Positions 36,783 through 47,599 of a stretch of 64,000 nucleotides of DNA are shown here, in pieces (the stretch's first letter is position 1; the number at the start of each line of letters is the position of its first letter). Both the position numbers and the translations under genes were made by a program. The stretch spans positions 15,355-79,354 of the forward strand of contig CAZYNM010000006.1 of assembly GCA_964648715.1 (NCBI GenBank), read 5' to 3'. The notes beneath the pieces are model-generated. The model was given only the letters and a program-made list of their open reading frames with translations, had not been told where the DNA came from and searched no databases. Source of the stretch: an uncultured Pseudomonadales bacterium (GTDB taxonomy: Bacteria > Patescibacteriota > Microgenomatia > UBA1400 > PJMF01).

Positions 36783-37454
36783 ATGTCTTCGCCTTTACAA
36801 TTCCATTTAGTGAGTGATTTAGATGGCGTGCTCGCACACAGCCAGCCTGCTATTATCGAAACTTGTAACAATCGCTGTGGTACCCAGTACCGGTATGAAG
36901 ACTGGAAGTACTACGAATTTATCAGTGATGAGGCTATGAAACATACTGGTCAGACAGCGGCAGAGGTGGCATCTTGGCTGTATTCATCCGAAGTACTGCT
37001 ACGTGCTGTTCCTTCTCCAGGTGCTGAACAAGTGGTAAAAGAGGTGATTGGCAGTGGTGGCTTAGTTTCTATTGTCACCAGTCGGTCACCTGGTCAGCGA
37101 AGAGAGACAGAAGCGTGGGTTCACTCTAGATTCTTGAACTCATTGTCTGTCAATGTTCGTCATCCAGACGAGTCACCTGAATCAGGAATTGCCTACAAAG
37201 TACGCATGGCAGAAAAAATGGGCGCAACACACTATGTAGATGATGATCCAGCAGTTATCAATTTGGTAGCTGAACGCAAAGCAGCAGGTGGTTTTCCCGT
37301 ATTACAGCAAGTATTCCTCGTAGATCATCCCTGGAACCAACTGGTTGAATTGCCCTATGCTGTAGTGCGAGTTGGTGACTGGAAGCACCAATCATATGGG
37401 TGGGAACATATCGCACAGTCTGCTCACAGGTATATAGAGGAGATGGTATACTAA
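36783..37454 (+). CDS. HAD-family 5'(3')-deoxyribonucleotidase-like protein (NT5C)
   Basis: SDLDGVL, IVTSR, YVDDD, DHPWN. Confidence 0.8.
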   Translation: MSSPLQFHLVSDLDGVLAHSQPAIIETCNNRCGTQYRYEDWKYYEFISDEAMKHTGQTAAEVASWLYSSEVLLRAVPSPGAEQVVKEVIGSGGLVSIVTSRSPGQRRETEAWVHSRFLNSLSVNVRHPDESPESGIAYKVRMAEKMGATHYVDDDPAVINLVAERKAAGGFPVLQQVFLVDHPWNQLVELPYAVVRVGDWKHQSYGWEHIAQSAHRYIEEMVY

Positions 37455-37458
37455 ATCC

Positions 37459-38178
37459 ATGTCAACACTACCCGTCTCATCTCGATTGATCCGCAAAGAA
37501 CGCAACAAACTTATGCGACAGACGTTCTGGTATGTGGTCACTGCTATAATAATTGTGGGTGTGTTTTTGTTGCTGGTGCTCCCCAACTTTGCACGTATCA
37601 TGGATCTCGTGCTTAATACAGATACCACGACTACTGTCGCGAGTGATCAGCGTGAAGTAATTCAACCTCCCATCTTATCTGCACCAGTCCCAGCAACGAA
37701 TAGCGCACAGCTCCGTATTGAAGGCAATACCCTTCCTGATACAGAAGTTAAGATACTCTTCAATGGCGAACAGTTAGGTAGTGTAACTCCTTCGGCAGAA
37801 GGCATCTTTTCCTACCTGCTCACTCTCCAAGATGGCGACAATACTATTTCGGCATTTAGTGTCACGCGGGGTGGTGTGGAATCAAAAGTAAGTAAAGAAT
37901 ATACGGTATTTTATGATCGAGAACGACCACTCCTGGAAATTACAGGACCCGTTGATAAAACAACATTTAGTGCCAAAGAAAAAACAATTTCAATCACTGG
38001 CAAAACTGACAGTGACGCCAAGCTACGTATCAATGGGCGCTTTGTATACCCTAGAGCTGATGGAACTTTCTCTGCCCCATACACACTTGCCGAGGGCGAA
38101 AACAAAATAGAGGTGACTGCCCTTGATGAAGCTGGCAATGAGACCACCCAATTACTTACCTTTACGTATCATCCGTAG
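37459..38178 (+). CDS. Membrane-anchored Ig-like domain protein
   Basis: One TM, then two Ig-like units (LQDGDNTI, LAEGENKIEVTALDEAGN). Confidence 0.75.
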   Translation: MSTLPVSSRLIRKERNKLMRQTFWYVVTAIIIVGVFLLLVLPNFARIMDLVLNTDTTTTVASDQREVIQPPILSAPVPATNSAQLRIEGNTLPDTEVKILFNGEQLGSVTPSAEGIFSYLLTLQDGDNTISAFSVTRGGVESKVSKEYTVFYDRERPLLEITGPVDKTTFSAKEKTISITGKTDSDAKLRINGRFVYPRADGTFSAPYTLAEGENKIEVTALDEAGNETTQLLTFTYHP

Positions 38179-39313
38179 CGAGTATCCACACTAGGTACAG
38201 TAACACGAATGGCTGAAAAACTGTGTTGTTGAACTGTGCATGGACGAGTACTGCAGTAAGTGTTGTTTGTGAAAGAAGGTGGTGTCTACCTAGTTTGTTG
38301 TAATATGCAAAAAACGCCAAAGTCCACAGGACAAACCCCGGAAGACCAGTCTGAATGATGAACAACAAAATAATATTGTCTGGGAAATGTGCTGTTGTGT
38401 GAGGTAGCATGGGGTTTTCGGGAGATGTATAGCGCGTAAAAAGGCCAGTGCCCGTAATAAGAGTGTGCCACTTTATATTCCGTATGCTTAAAGCAGCTAT
38501 CTCAAGCCGCGCTTGAATGGACGTTGTCCGTAGCAGATCCACCCCTTCACCACCTGGCTTTGGAATAATCCACCAAATCGATATAAGAATGGTTAGGACA
38601 CCGATACTTGCTAACAATGCAGAGCGACTGCGCATGCGGATAGTAACTAGCACTGCCACTAGCGCTGCAAGGTAGCTAGCGCGAGAAAAAGTAAGGAGAA
38701 CCGTAGTAGCCAAAAAGAGCATGACAGGCCAGCGCTTCCATTGTTCATGCACATACTGATGCCATATGAAGATAGCAGTGAGTATGGCTAGGATGCCCGT
38801 AAAGGCAGGGTCAAAGAGTGTTCCAATTACTCGGTAGTAGTGATCATCCCATCCCTGTACCCACAAAAAACGCATGTCAGGCATCCAAATATAGAGAAGA
38901 ACTGCAAGTGCTTGGTACACCAAACCAGCCACAGCGACAAAAGGTGTCCGGACCTTGGAGGGAAGAGCTTTTACAAGGGTCCAGCCTCCCACGATGTACA
39001 TAAGCACCCGAATCGCATAGAGCAAAGGCACCAAACTGGGTTGCCGGATGCTAGTCAACACGAAACCAAGAGCTGTCCATCCAATGAGCAGCCATTGCAG
39101 TGGTGTAAAACGAACGGCTAGTGTATGCCATTCATGTCTGTGTGTAAAACCATATATACTCAACCAGACTAGCAGCAATAGATCATGAGGATAGACGGCA
39201 AGAGTGCCATTACTCATGCGCAGCAAATTCCCCAACGGGAAACTGCACAGCAAGATTGCTGCACAGATGATGGCGCTGTTACTGACGATACTGGGCTTCA
39301 TAGGCATAGGCAC
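38162..39313 (-). CDS. O-antigen ligase/polymerase family membrane protein
   Basis: Polytopic; RVIGTLFDPAF, LTFSRAS; in a cluster with GT2 and flippase. Confidence 0.75.
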   Translation of the reverse strand: MPMPMKPSIVSNSAIICAAILLCSFPLGNLLRMSNGTLAVYPHDLLLLVWLSIYGFTHRHEWHTLAVRFTPLQWLLIGWTALGFVLTSIRQPSLVPLLYAIRVLMYIVGGWTLVKALPSKVRTPFVAVAGLVYQALAVLLYIWMPDMRFLWVQGWDDHYYRVIGTLFDPAFTGILAILTAIFIWHQYVHEQWKRWPVMLFLATTVLLTFSRASYLAALVAVLVTIRMRSRSALLASIGVLTILISIWWIIPKPGGEGVDLLRTTSIQARLEIAALSIRNIKWHTLITGTGLFTRYTSPENPMLPHTTAHFPDNIILLFIIQTGLPGFVLWTLAFFAYYNKLGRHHLLSQTTLTAVLVHAQFNNTVFQPFVLLYLVWILATDDT

Positions 39314-40031
39314 GAACCAGGAGTGAATGCAGACTCATACAAGCGGCGTACACTATACCACGCCATCCATCAAAAAACCCACCTTGCACAAAAACACCAT
39401 AGAAAAATTTACCAACTGGAAAACATATGAGCTCAAATATGAGCTGCTTTTGTGGAGTTCTTTTCTGTAGACCAATCATTTGAGCATACGTGGAAATAGT
39501 ATCTATAAACTCGCTAATAGAAGTGTGAGAATAGTGATATAGCTGTATGGTAGATTGATATACTTTACCTCTCACCACTGCACGTTCATGAATTGAGTGC
39601 TCAAAATGACAAAAGTGTTTGTTGCATAGTCGGATAACTGGCTGTTTTCCGGCCTCACCATATTGCAGCTCTACGCCATAGAAGATGTCGCTGCGTATTA
39701 CACTCACAGCATGTGCCGTAGGCGCATCAAGAAAGCGTTCCAGCTCTCGGTGTGAGCTAAGCGACATTACTTCATCACTATCAAGAAAAAGTACCCAATC
39801 GTTTTTAGCCTGTGCTAGTGCATCGTTGCGTACTGCAGCGAAATCTGTAATAGGCTCAGAGATGGAGTGTACCACGAGGTGAGCAACATCCTTGAAGGCA
39901 GACCAATCGATGCCGCTCCCATTATCAATAATTAAAATTTCACTTGCTGCGTAGGCTGATTCAAGTGCTTTGCGCATACGCTCATCTGCTCTATTGGTGA
40001 GAATGCAAAGGGTGAATGGTAGTTTTTTCAT
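39279..40031 (-). CDS. Glycosyltransferase family 2
   Basis: IIDNGS, DFAAVRN, WVLFLDSDE, IHE. Confidence 0.9.
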   Translation of the reverse strand: MKKLPFTLCILTNRADERMRKALESAYAASEILIIDNGSGIDWSAFKDVAHLVVHSISEPITDFAAVRNDALAQAKNDWVLFLDSDEVMSLSSHRELERFLDAPTAHAVSVIRSDIFYGVELQYGEAGKQPVIRLCNKHFCHFEHSIHERAVVRGKVYQSTIQLYHYSHTSISEFIDTISTYAQMIGLQKRTPQKQLIFELICFPVGKFFYGVFVQGGFFDGWRGIVYAACMSLHSLLVRAYAYEAQYRQ

Positions 40032-41251
40032 TTTTGTGCCACCTTATATGCCATAAAGAGAGCTGGAGGCAGTAAGACTAGCCGGCTCACAAGTAGTGCC
40101 GCTCCTATACCTAGTACACCATATTTGGGAGCTAAAATCCATGAGAGCACTGTGAAGAGCAGCAACACACAGATACGATGTATGTTCATGGAGAAGTAGG
40201 CTTTTTTGGCGATGCAGACAGTATATGTTGTTGTGAATAGACCATGCATAATACCGGCCACAGCCAGCCATGGAACAAGACTAGCCAGGTAAACCCATTG
40301 GGGTCCGTACACAATGCGTACCACTAGTGATGGAAAAATAATAAAGGGAAGACTCAGTATGCTGAGCAAGGCAGCTAGCGAAATCAATGACTTGAGATAT
40401 GCGCGTTTTAAACGATCTTTTTCTGAAGCAACTTTGGCAAAAACAGGCAGCGAGCTATGACTGAAAGCATAGGCAATATTGTAGGTAAATTTGTGACTCA
40501 GTGCGTATGCATTTTGATAGCCACCAAGGACTGAAACTCCTAGTAATTTACCAACAATCACATTATCAAGATTATCGGCTAAGTAGCTCAAGATAGCACC
40601 TATACTGAGTCCAGTAGCGTTGTTTAGGATATCTTTTCCCTTGGAAGCTGTATAGACAAACCGTGGATGAGGTCTACACACCATCCATGACAGAATTACT
40701 TCAACGCAAGCTGCTACCAGCATCCCAGCGACAAATGCCCAGACGCTTGGAGTATAAAATAGAACGATTGCAACTGTCACCATAGCTTCTACGAGCAAGT
40801 TCGTAAGTTTGTAGAAGCTGTCAGCTCGAAAATTGAGATTCTTTTGAAACTGGACGATGGATGGATTAATGAATCCCTTTATAAGTGGCACGAATGCAGC
40901 TGCGACACCAAGAACCTGCAAACTTGGTTCATGATACAGCAAACTAAAAAGAAGCCCCAACACTGCGACCAATGCTGCAATAAGTGCGCCTCTTATAATG
41001 GCAATAACCCAAGCTGTATCAACATAATAACTCACCGGTCGCTGTGATTGGATAAATGTCACGTTGACACCTGTCTGGGTAAAAGACTCTGTTATGCCAA
41101 TGGCAATAATAATAAGGGATGCAAGACCAAAGTCGTGCGGCACCAGAAAACGAGCAAGAATTGCAAGTTTTGCTGCAGTAATTAACCCAGATCCTAATTG
41201 ATGCAGAGAACTCCAACCAAAACCAAACACTGCTGATCGCGTGTATCCCAT
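40028..41251 (-). CDS. Wzx-type polysaccharide flippase
   Basis: LARFLVPHDFG, DNVIVGKLLG...LGGYQNAY; start uncertain. Confidence 0.85.
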   Translation of the reverse strand: MGYTRSAVFGFGWSSLHQLGSGLITAAKLAILARFLVPHDFGLASLIIIAIGITESFTQTGVNVTFIQSQRPVSYYVDTAWVIAIIRGALIAALVAVLGLLFSLLYHEPSLQVLGVAAAFVPLIKGFINPSIVQFQKNLNFRADSFYKLTNLLVEAMVTVAIVLFYTPSVWAFVAGMLVAACVEVILSWMVCRPHPRFVYTASKGKDILNNATGLSIGAILSYLADNLDNVIVGKLLGVSVLGGYQNAYALSHKFTYNIAYAFSHSSLPVFAKVASEKDRLKRAYLKSLISLAALLSILSLPFIIFPSLVVRIVYGPQWVYLASLVPWLAVAGIMHGLFTTTYTVCIAKKAYFSMNIHRICVLLLFTVLSWILAPKYGVLGIGAALLVSRLVLLPPALFMAYKVAQK

Positions 41252-41314
41252 GTCTCCCATTATGTCCATTTCCTGCTTGAAACTCCAGCAGAGAAACTCC
41301 ATACTACGTGAGCT

Positions 41315-41896
41315 ATGAACGTCTTTAGTTTTATAAGTTCAATGTTTCTTGATCTTATTGAAACATTTGTGATTGGGTTATCTATTTTTCTGGTGGTCTA
41401 TCTCTTCTTGTTGCAACCACATCAAGTGAGTGGTCAGTCTATGGAACCCAACTTTCAAACAGCTGACTATGTGCTTACTGACAAGGTAAGTTATCGCATT
41501 GGCGTTCCTCAACGTGGAGATGTGGTAGTGTTCCATGCGCCAGCTCGGGCAAATTGTCCTTCTGGAACGGGATGCGATTACATTAAAAGGGTTATTGGCT
41601 TACCGGGAGAAACAGTTGAAGTTAAAGATACTGATGGCATCTACATTAACAGTAAAAAACTTATTGAACCATATATTCCAGCTGATTATGTTACCCTTGC
41701 TGGTCAATATACTCGTGGTCAGATTATTACGCTGAGTCAGAATGAATACTTCGTAGTTGGAGATAATAGAATGCACTCAAGCGACTCTCGTGCTTGGGGT
41801 CCTATTACTAAATCTGAGATTGTGGGGAAAGCCTTTTTCCGCTATTGGCCACTCACCAAGACTCACATAGTGCCGTCAGTCAAGTATTCGCTGTAA
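41315..41896 (+). CDS. lepB: Signal peptidase I
   Basis: GQSMEPN, YIKRVIGLPGE, GDNRMHSSDSR. Confidence 0.95.
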   Translation: MNVFSFISSMFLDLIETFVIGLSIFLVVYLFLLQPHQVSGQSMEPNFQTADYVLTDKVSYRIGVPQRGDVVVFHAPARANCPSGTGCDYIKRVIGLPGETVEVKDTDGIYINSKKLIEPYIPADYVTLAGQYTRGQIITLSQNEYFVVGDNRMHSSDSRAWGPITKSEIVGKAFFRYWPLTKTHIVPSVKYSL

Positions 41897-41900
41897 AGTG

Positions 41901-42737
41901 TTAACTTTTTTGTATAGTTTCTGAGAATGCCATGAGTTTTTCGAGATCTTTTTGTGTTTCTTCTGGATCACCAACCAAGGTGATTACTAGTCGTGTCTGT
42001 TTTTGCGAACGGGTGAGGTCAACCTTTGATTGACTTTTTAAGAGATCTTTAAGACGTGCCTCCCACATCTTGACTCGCATATCAGTAACACGTGTGGTGG
42101 TTGGTCTAAGACGTTGCAGTGGAGAGGTTGAGTGCTGCTGGCGATAGTTGCGAGCCATTTCCTCTGCTCTACGGACTGATGCACTTTCTTTGAGTATCTG
42201 CTTGTACAGTTCAATCATAATGTGAGGCTCTTCAATGCCCGCTATGGCTTTTGCGTGCCCCTCTGTGATGAGCCCACCAGATAGACCATCTTTGATGGCA
42301 TCAGGGAGCTGGAGAAGCTTCATACAGTTGCTCACGTAACCAGGTGATTTGCTTACTCGTTCTGCAACTTGGTTTACACTGTAGCCAAAATCACGCATCA
42401 GTTGTTGAAACGCAGCCGCGCGCTCCAGAGGGCCCAGGTCTGTTCGCTGAACATTTTCAATAATAGCGAGTTCAAGCATCTCTCTGGGGGTAACCTTTTT
42501 GATCACAACGGGAACTTCGGTGAGTCCTGCTAGTTGTGCAGCCCTCCAGCGGCGTTCTCCTGCAATGATCTGAAAACCCGCTGGTGTTTCTGCTATAACC
42601 AGTGGTTCTAAGATGCCGTAGCGCTTAATGCTTTCCGCAAGTTCTTCAACGTCTTCCTTTTTAATTTTATCGCGTGGCTGGAACGGATTTGGTTGTAAGA
42701 GTTCTATCTGGAGATGGCGGAGATTGGAGTCTGTCAT
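41901..42737 (-). CDS. parB: ParB/Spo0J partition protein
   Basis: PNPFQPR, IIAGERRWRAA, IENVQRTDL; start ATG 42737. Confidence 0.93.
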   Translation of the reverse strand: MTDSNLRHLQIELLQPNPFQPRDKIKKEDVEELAESIKRYGILEPLVIAETPAGFQIIAGERRWRAAQLAGLTEVPVVIKKVTPREMLELAIIENVQRTDLGPLERAAAFQQLMRDFGYSVNQVAERVSKSPGYVSNCMKLLQLPDAIKDGLSGGLITEGHAKAIAGIEEPHIMIELYKQILKESASVRRAEEMARNYRQQHSTSPLQRLRPTTTRVTDMRVKMWEARLKDLLKSQSKVDLTRSQKQTRLVITLVGDPEETQKDLEKLMAFSETIQKS

Positions 42738-42807
42738 ACGTACTGTAAAGATATACCAGAGCAAGGTAGTTTTTCTAGTGGCAGAATGCCGACTGTGAGC
42801 TAAAAAC

Positions 42808-44361
42808 GTGTATACTGAGTGCATGCACTCTATCTTCAAGTACTGGGAGAAACATCGAGCTATTCTTGTGCTTGTAGCTGTGTTTTTGGTAACACGCCTC
42901 ATTGCAGTCACACTGCTGCCTCCGTTCAATGATGAGTCAGTGCATATAGATTGGGGCTATAAAGAGTTACATGGCAAAGGGCTTTTTTTCTCATTGTATG
43001 ATGCCAAGCAACCGCTGCTCATGTGGTTGTTTGGTCTCAGTCAGTCTATTTTTACTGATCCACTTTTTGCAGGACGACTGGTAAGTGTCTTATTTGGCGT
43101 AGCAACACTGCTGGGGCTCTATGAGCTTGGATCAAAGGTACTTTCTCCCAAAGGAGGCTGGTATGCTGCTACCATATACATGGTTACTCCTCTTTTTTTC
43201 TTTTTTGATCGTCAGGCACTTATGGAGGGACCATTGGCCGCGTGTGCGGTGTGGATCATCAACTTGTACCTGCGGCTTCACAAACAACAGAGGATGTCTA
43301 CTGCGGTCATACTTGGATGTGTGCTAGGTGGTGCTTTTTTTATTAAAACAACTGCGGTATTTTTTCTTGTTGCCCTACTTGCTGTGTATGCTGCTGAGAA
43401 GTGGGTGTTTAAAGTTGCACATGGAGCCCCCTTTCCAGCTCTTCTTATTCTAGCTGGCACAGTAAGTCAGCTGGTTGTCATGCCACTGTACTTTCAACCT
43501 CTGTTTTGGCAGACACTTGGACGAACCGCGGAACGCTCGTTGAGCTTTCGGGAAGTACTGGCCTTTCCCATTGGTCAATGGACAACAACTGCCCTATCTG
43601 TGAGTGCCATTGCGTGGTGGCACTATACTCCTGTGCTTATCATATTGGGTTGTATCGGTATTTTTGCGCTCAGCAAGAACCACGTGAGCTCATTAAAGGC
43701 AATACGCTCAACTGGGGTGTATGCGGGTATGCTTGTCTTGCTCTATGTCCTCTCTGCTCGCTCTACTCCAGTCCGGTATGTTGTACCTATTATTTGGTGG
43801 TGGCCATTGTGCGTTGCTGCTGGTTTCATTTTGCTCGAACACTGGCGTTGGTTATGGCGGCTTGCCACTATCTCTATGTGTATCCCCTTGGCTTTGATAG
43901 CATTGTTACTCTACGATCCACCAAGTTATTTTATGACTCTAGCCCGTTTTACTGCATATGCCCAAAAAGATGAGTACCTCACGCAATGGCCAGCTGGATA
44001 TGGAACTCGAGAAGCCTTGGAGATAGTTCGCGCAGAACTCAAGGGCGTGCATGGTGTCGTAGCTGTTCGTGCCGATGCTGGCAATCCAGAAAGTACCATG
44101 TTTATGTACCTCAATGCTAATAAACAGATTCAGCCACTCTTTCTGGATACTACAGTAGCCCCTCTGCTTGCCAACTATCAGTGTGTTGCCACGTCACGAC
44201 CATTGTTTTTTGTGAGTCGTGACTCTCAACTAGGGGGATTAGAGCAATTTATGATAGAAAAGGTGCGCATACAAAAGCCAGAAAATAAAAGCTCCGTGGG
44301 TATATATACCCTTAAGCCATGCCTGGTTACACAAAAAGTGTTAACACTAGATTTTGAATAG
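42808..44361 (+). CDS. GT39/ArnT-like membrane glycosyltransferase
   Basis: FNDES, KQPLLMW, AGRLVSV, FFDRQALME; polytopic. Confidence 0.8.
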   Translation: MYTECMHSIFKYWEKHRAILVLVAVFLVTRLIAVTLLPPFNDESVHIDWGYKELHGKGLFFSLYDAKQPLLMWLFGLSQSIFTDPLFAGRLVSVLFGVATLLGLYELGSKVLSPKGGWYAATIYMVTPLFFFFDRQALMEGPLAACAVWIINLYLRLHKQQRMSTAVILGCVLGGAFFIKTTAVFFLVALLAVYAAEKWVFKVAHGAPFPALLILAGTVSQLVVMPLYFQPLFWQTLGRTAERSLSFREVLAFPIGQWTTTALSVSAIAWWHYTPVLIILGCIGIFALSKNHVSSLKAIRSTGVYAGMLVLLYVLSARSTPVRYVVPIIWWWPLCVAAGFILLEHWRWLWRLATISMCIPLALIALLLYDPPSYFMTLARFTAYAQKDEYLTQWPAGYGTREALEIVRAELKGVHGVVAVRADAGNPESTMFMYLNANKQIQPLFLDTTVAPLLANYQCVATSRPLFFVSRDSQLGGLEQFMIEKVRIQKPENKSSVGIYTLKPCLVTQKVLTLDFE

Positions 44362-44367
44362 GAAAAG

Positions 44368-44625
44368 TTATTGAGCGATAACGTTGACCACAGTTTTGCC
44401 GAAACGCTTGCCATAGGCAACAATACCAGCTGCCATAGAAAAGATGGTGTGATCTTTGCCCATACCAACATTTTTGCCAGCTTTGTACTTGGCACCACGT
44501 TGGCGAACGATAATCATACCAGTGTGAACTGCTTCACCACCAAATTTTTTAAGTCCGAGACTTTTACTCTTGCGCTTACCTTGTTTGTGTTGTCTAACTG
44601 AGCCTGATGCTTTGACGTGTGACAT
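44368..44625 (-). CDS. rpmA: 50S ribosomal protein L27
   Basis: MSHVKASGS, LGLKKFGG, IIVRQRG, GKDHTIF. Confidence 0.96.
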   Translation of the reverse strand: MSHVKASGSVRQHKQGKRKSKSLGLKKFGGEAVHTGMIIVRQRGAKYKAGKNVGMGKDHTIFSMAAGIVAYGKRFGKTVVNVIAQ

Positions 44626-44628
44626 ACC

Positions 44629-45792
44629 TTATTTTTCTGTTGTATACGTAAACTGATATATTTCGCGTGAAATCACTGCTTGTGGGCGATGATACACAAC
44701 GGTTTCAGAAGTTGTAGTGTACCCAATTTCCGCCAACTTGTCAATTAACTTGTGCAAGTGTACGTCTGGATATCCTGGAGTGTGTGATTTTTGAATACAG
44801 GGGAAAATACATACTACTCGAGCTCCAGGAACTAGCATGCTGCGCCAGTGTTTAAATGCACCCATGTACATTTTTTCTAGTCCTTTGAAAATACCCGACA
44901 GTTGGTCTGGCTGAGGTGTTTGTTTTCCCAAAAATGGCTCGGTAACCAGGTAGGTGATCTTTTCTCGAATAGGGAGAACTGCTCTAGAAACATCAGATTG
45001 GAAAACATGTGCGGGTATAGCTAAGTCCAACTCTTGTTTGAACCAGTCCGTGTTTTGACGAGCGCCTGCAACACTTTCTCCGTCCATATCAGAACCAATC
45101 ACTGATATACCACTTTCAAGTGCTTCAATAAGTATTGTGCCTGTGCCACAGAACGGATCATACAGGTAGGCTCCCTCCTGTGGTGCTCCACCTGTAGCAA
45201 GATTGACCATAATGCGAGCTAATTTGGGAGGTAGCATGCCTTTCTTGCGATTGGCGAAGGGTTTACTGCGATCTTTAAACGTCCATGTATCAATATTTTG
45301 TACTGCAATAGTGCGAGTGAGGTAGATACCAGCAGATGTTTGTATAACTGCGTACTCTAAAACTTTCTTATGCGAAAGAACCGCACTGGAAAGTCCATGG
45401 CGTGAGCCTTCTACATACCGCACCTTGAGACCAGAAGCGATAAGCTCATTTTTAACAGTAGCAAGTTCCAAGGCAGGAAGATGGTCCCTGCCTAGTTCTG
45501 CTAGTGCGAAAGTAACTTTGTTGGTTTTGTCTCGTGCACATTCATCAAGAATCGTGTCGTGAAGCTCTGTGACAAATGATGCTGGCTGATTGGTATACTT
45601 TTTTAAAACAGTAAAGATTTTGACAGTTCCACCCAATGCATCTATGGTTGATGAAGTCAGAACTTGATCCGTGACCATCTTGAGAATGGTCTCATGTTCT
45701 TGAATAAGATCAGCCTGAGAAAAAACAGCTCTAATCTCTGCGACAGAAAGTGCTGGTGTGTTACCAAGAAGGAAAAGATACTCGTTTGTCAT
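44629..45792 (-). CDS. Trm11/UPF0020-like SAM-dependent RNA methyltransferase
   Basis: GMLPPKLARIMVNL, YDPFCGTGTI, GSD, VTEPFLG. Confidence 0.8.
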   Translation of the reverse strand: MTNEYLFLLGNTPALSVAEIRAVFSQADLIQEHETILKMVTDQVLTSSTIDALGGTVKIFTVLKKYTNQPASFVTELHDTILDECARDKTNKVTFALAELGRDHLPALELATVKNELIASGLKVRYVEGSRHGLSSAVLSHKKVLEYAVIQTSAGIYLTRTIAVQNIDTWTFKDRSKPFANRKKGMLPPKLARIMVNLATGGAPQEGAYLYDPFCGTGTILIEALESGISVIGSDMDGESVAGARQNTDWFKQELDLAIPAHVFQSDVSRAVLPIREKITYLVTEPFLGKQTPQPDQLSGIFKGLEKMYMGAFKHWRSMLVPGARVVCIFPCIQKSHTPGYPDVHLHKLIDKLAEIGYTTTSETVVYHRPQAVISREIYQFTYTTEK

Positions 45793-45812
45793 GTGCGCTG
45801 ACAGCGTACACG

Positions 45813-46127
45813 TTATGCTTTAATAGCAGTAACCGTCACCTCTGTCTGGTGTTGTCTGTGACCGTGTGTTTTGCGGTAGCGTGACTTTGATTTGTACTTG
45901 AAAACTCTGATTTTTTCACCTTTAAAATGGCGTTCAACTTTGAGCGTTACGGAAGCACCAGCAACAGTGGGGGTACCTACTTTAGTTGTGCTATCATCAG
46001 CAACGAGTAAAACATCAGAAACGACGAGGTCTGTACCTTCTTCTGTGTCCAAGCGATCAATGATCAGCTTCTCATCTGCTGCTACTTTGTATTGTTTCCC
46101 TTGTAGTTGAATGATTGCGTATGACAT
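45813..46127 (-). CDS. rplU: 50S ribosomal protein L21
   Basis: YAIIQLQGKQYKV, VFKYKSK, GHRQ. Confidence 0.96.
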   Translation of the reverse strand: MSYAIIQLQGKQYKVAADEKLIIDRLDTEEGTDLVVSDVLLVADDSTTKVGTPTVAGASVTLKVERHFKGEKIRVFKYKSKSRYRKTHGHRQHQTEVTVTAIKA

Positions 46128-46219
46128 AACGAATCGTAATTATACCATTATTTTTTGAGATGTGCAGGGTTACTTTTTGTAGGGTATGCAGAAGCAGGAC
46201 TACTCCACTCATGCAGCCT

Positions 46220-47275
46220 TTAATGAATATAGACTCCTACCTTTCTGTCTGAAGTTCGTACAAGCTGTTGGACAACACCAAGTGTAGCAGCAAGAGCCAG
46301 CACAGAGCTCCCGCCATAGGACATAAATGGCAAGGTGACTCCCGTGATGGGAAGCAAGCCAAGATTCATGTGGATATTAATACTGGCCTGAATCAAGAAA
46401 ACAAGAGCAGTAGTATGGATAAATAATTTGCCAGCTACTGTTGGTACATATGCTGCTATGTACCATAAAAACAAAAGGAGTGCGGCATAACTCCCTATGA
46501 GTACACTGGCGCCCACAAATCCAAACTCTTCGGCGTACGAAGCAAACACAAAATCTGTCTGACGTTCTGGTAAAAACCGTAAGTGAGACTGAACGCCTTT
46601 GCCTACTCCTCTACCCAATAGCTGGCCAGAACCTACCGCTATCAAAGCTTGGTGCGTATTGTAATTTTCTTCTCTCTTACCCTCCATAAAGGTAAGCAAG
46701 CGGGTCTTTTGATATGGCTCCAAAAGAAAGAGCCATGCTCCAACTGCCACCAGCACAGCTGCACCTGCAAATGGCAGTAGCCTATACCATTTAATTCGCA
46801 CAAAAAGTAGCGGGCTCAAAACTCCTACTGCTACTAGTGCCGCACTCCCTAAATCGGGAGCAGCAAAGACCAATCCAATGGGAACGCTGGCCAGGAGTAA
46901 GATTTTTGTGAGTACTTTTATGGTGATCTCCGCGGAGCTTGTAAGAGAAATGATAATTACCAGCACACTGAGGAGTGCCGCAGTTTGTGATGGTTGATAG
47001 GTTAGTGGGCCAAGCTCAATCCAGCGGTGGGTATTCCGCGTGGAGGCAAATGCGAATAAAGGCAGCAACAAAAGAAGTATATTACCTATATACAACACCC
47101 AACGTAGTCTCAGCAGTAAACTGAACTGAATACGCGATAACCCAATGAGCAGCCCTCCACCAATAACAAAAGAGATAAGTTGTTTTTGTGCTAGGCTAGG
47201 GGCTACGCTACTCAGCGTCAGGCAACTAAGTACGCCAAAAAAACAGTACAGTGCAGGCAAAAACCAATACCGCAT
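46220..47275 (-). CDS. rodA: SEDS-family protein RodA
   Basis: HRWI..QPS, PDLG, GSGQLLG, LPERQTDF, ITGVTLPFMSYGGSS. Confidence 0.85.
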   Translation of the reverse strand: MRYWFLPALYCFFGVLSCLTLSSVAPSLAQKQLISFVIGGGLLIGLSRIQFSLLLRLRWVLYIGNILLLLLPLFAFASTRNTHRWIELGPLTYQPSQTAALLSVLVIIISLTSSAEITIKVLTKILLLASVPIGLVFAAPDLGSAALVAVGVLSPLLFVRIKWYRLLPFAGAAVLVAVGAWLFLLEPYQKTRLLTFMEGKREENYNTHQALIAVGSGQLLGRGVGKGVQSHLRFLPERQTDFVFASYAEEFGFVGASVLIGSYAALLLFLWYIAAYVPTVAGKLFIHTTALVFLIQASINIHMNLGLLPITGVTLPFMSYGGSSVLALAATLGVVQQLVRTSDRKVGVYIH

Positions 47276-47339
47276 ATAGCACTAACCGTACACTACAAGC
47301 ACGAGCTTGTCACTATGCTTGCCGCAATAGGAAGGTATC

Positions 47340-47468
47340 TTAACGTGCTTGGTACATGAGCCCCAGATAGAATGCCAGTATGGGCAATGCAATGAAAAGG
47401 AGCATTGCTAGTCCTTTACTGAGTGGTGTCACCGTAAACAGCGCTTTGTGAAGTGTTTTATTTTTCAT
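47340..47468 (-). CDS. 42-aa single-TM protein
   Basis: Not in the track; MKNKTLHKALFTVTPLSKGLAMLLFIALPILAFYLGLMYQAR. Confidence 0.55.
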   Translation of the reverse strand: MKNKTLHKALFTVTPLSKGLAMLLFIALPILAFYLGLMYQAR

Positions 47469-47599
47469 AATACATTCACTATAGCAAACTTTTAAACTCA
47501 TTATCTAGTGAGCAAAAATGAGCAATGGTATCAGCTTGTAGCTGATGCTGCGATAATTCTGTACAATTGAGTTTAGTATTCAGTAAAAGGAAAAAAGTC

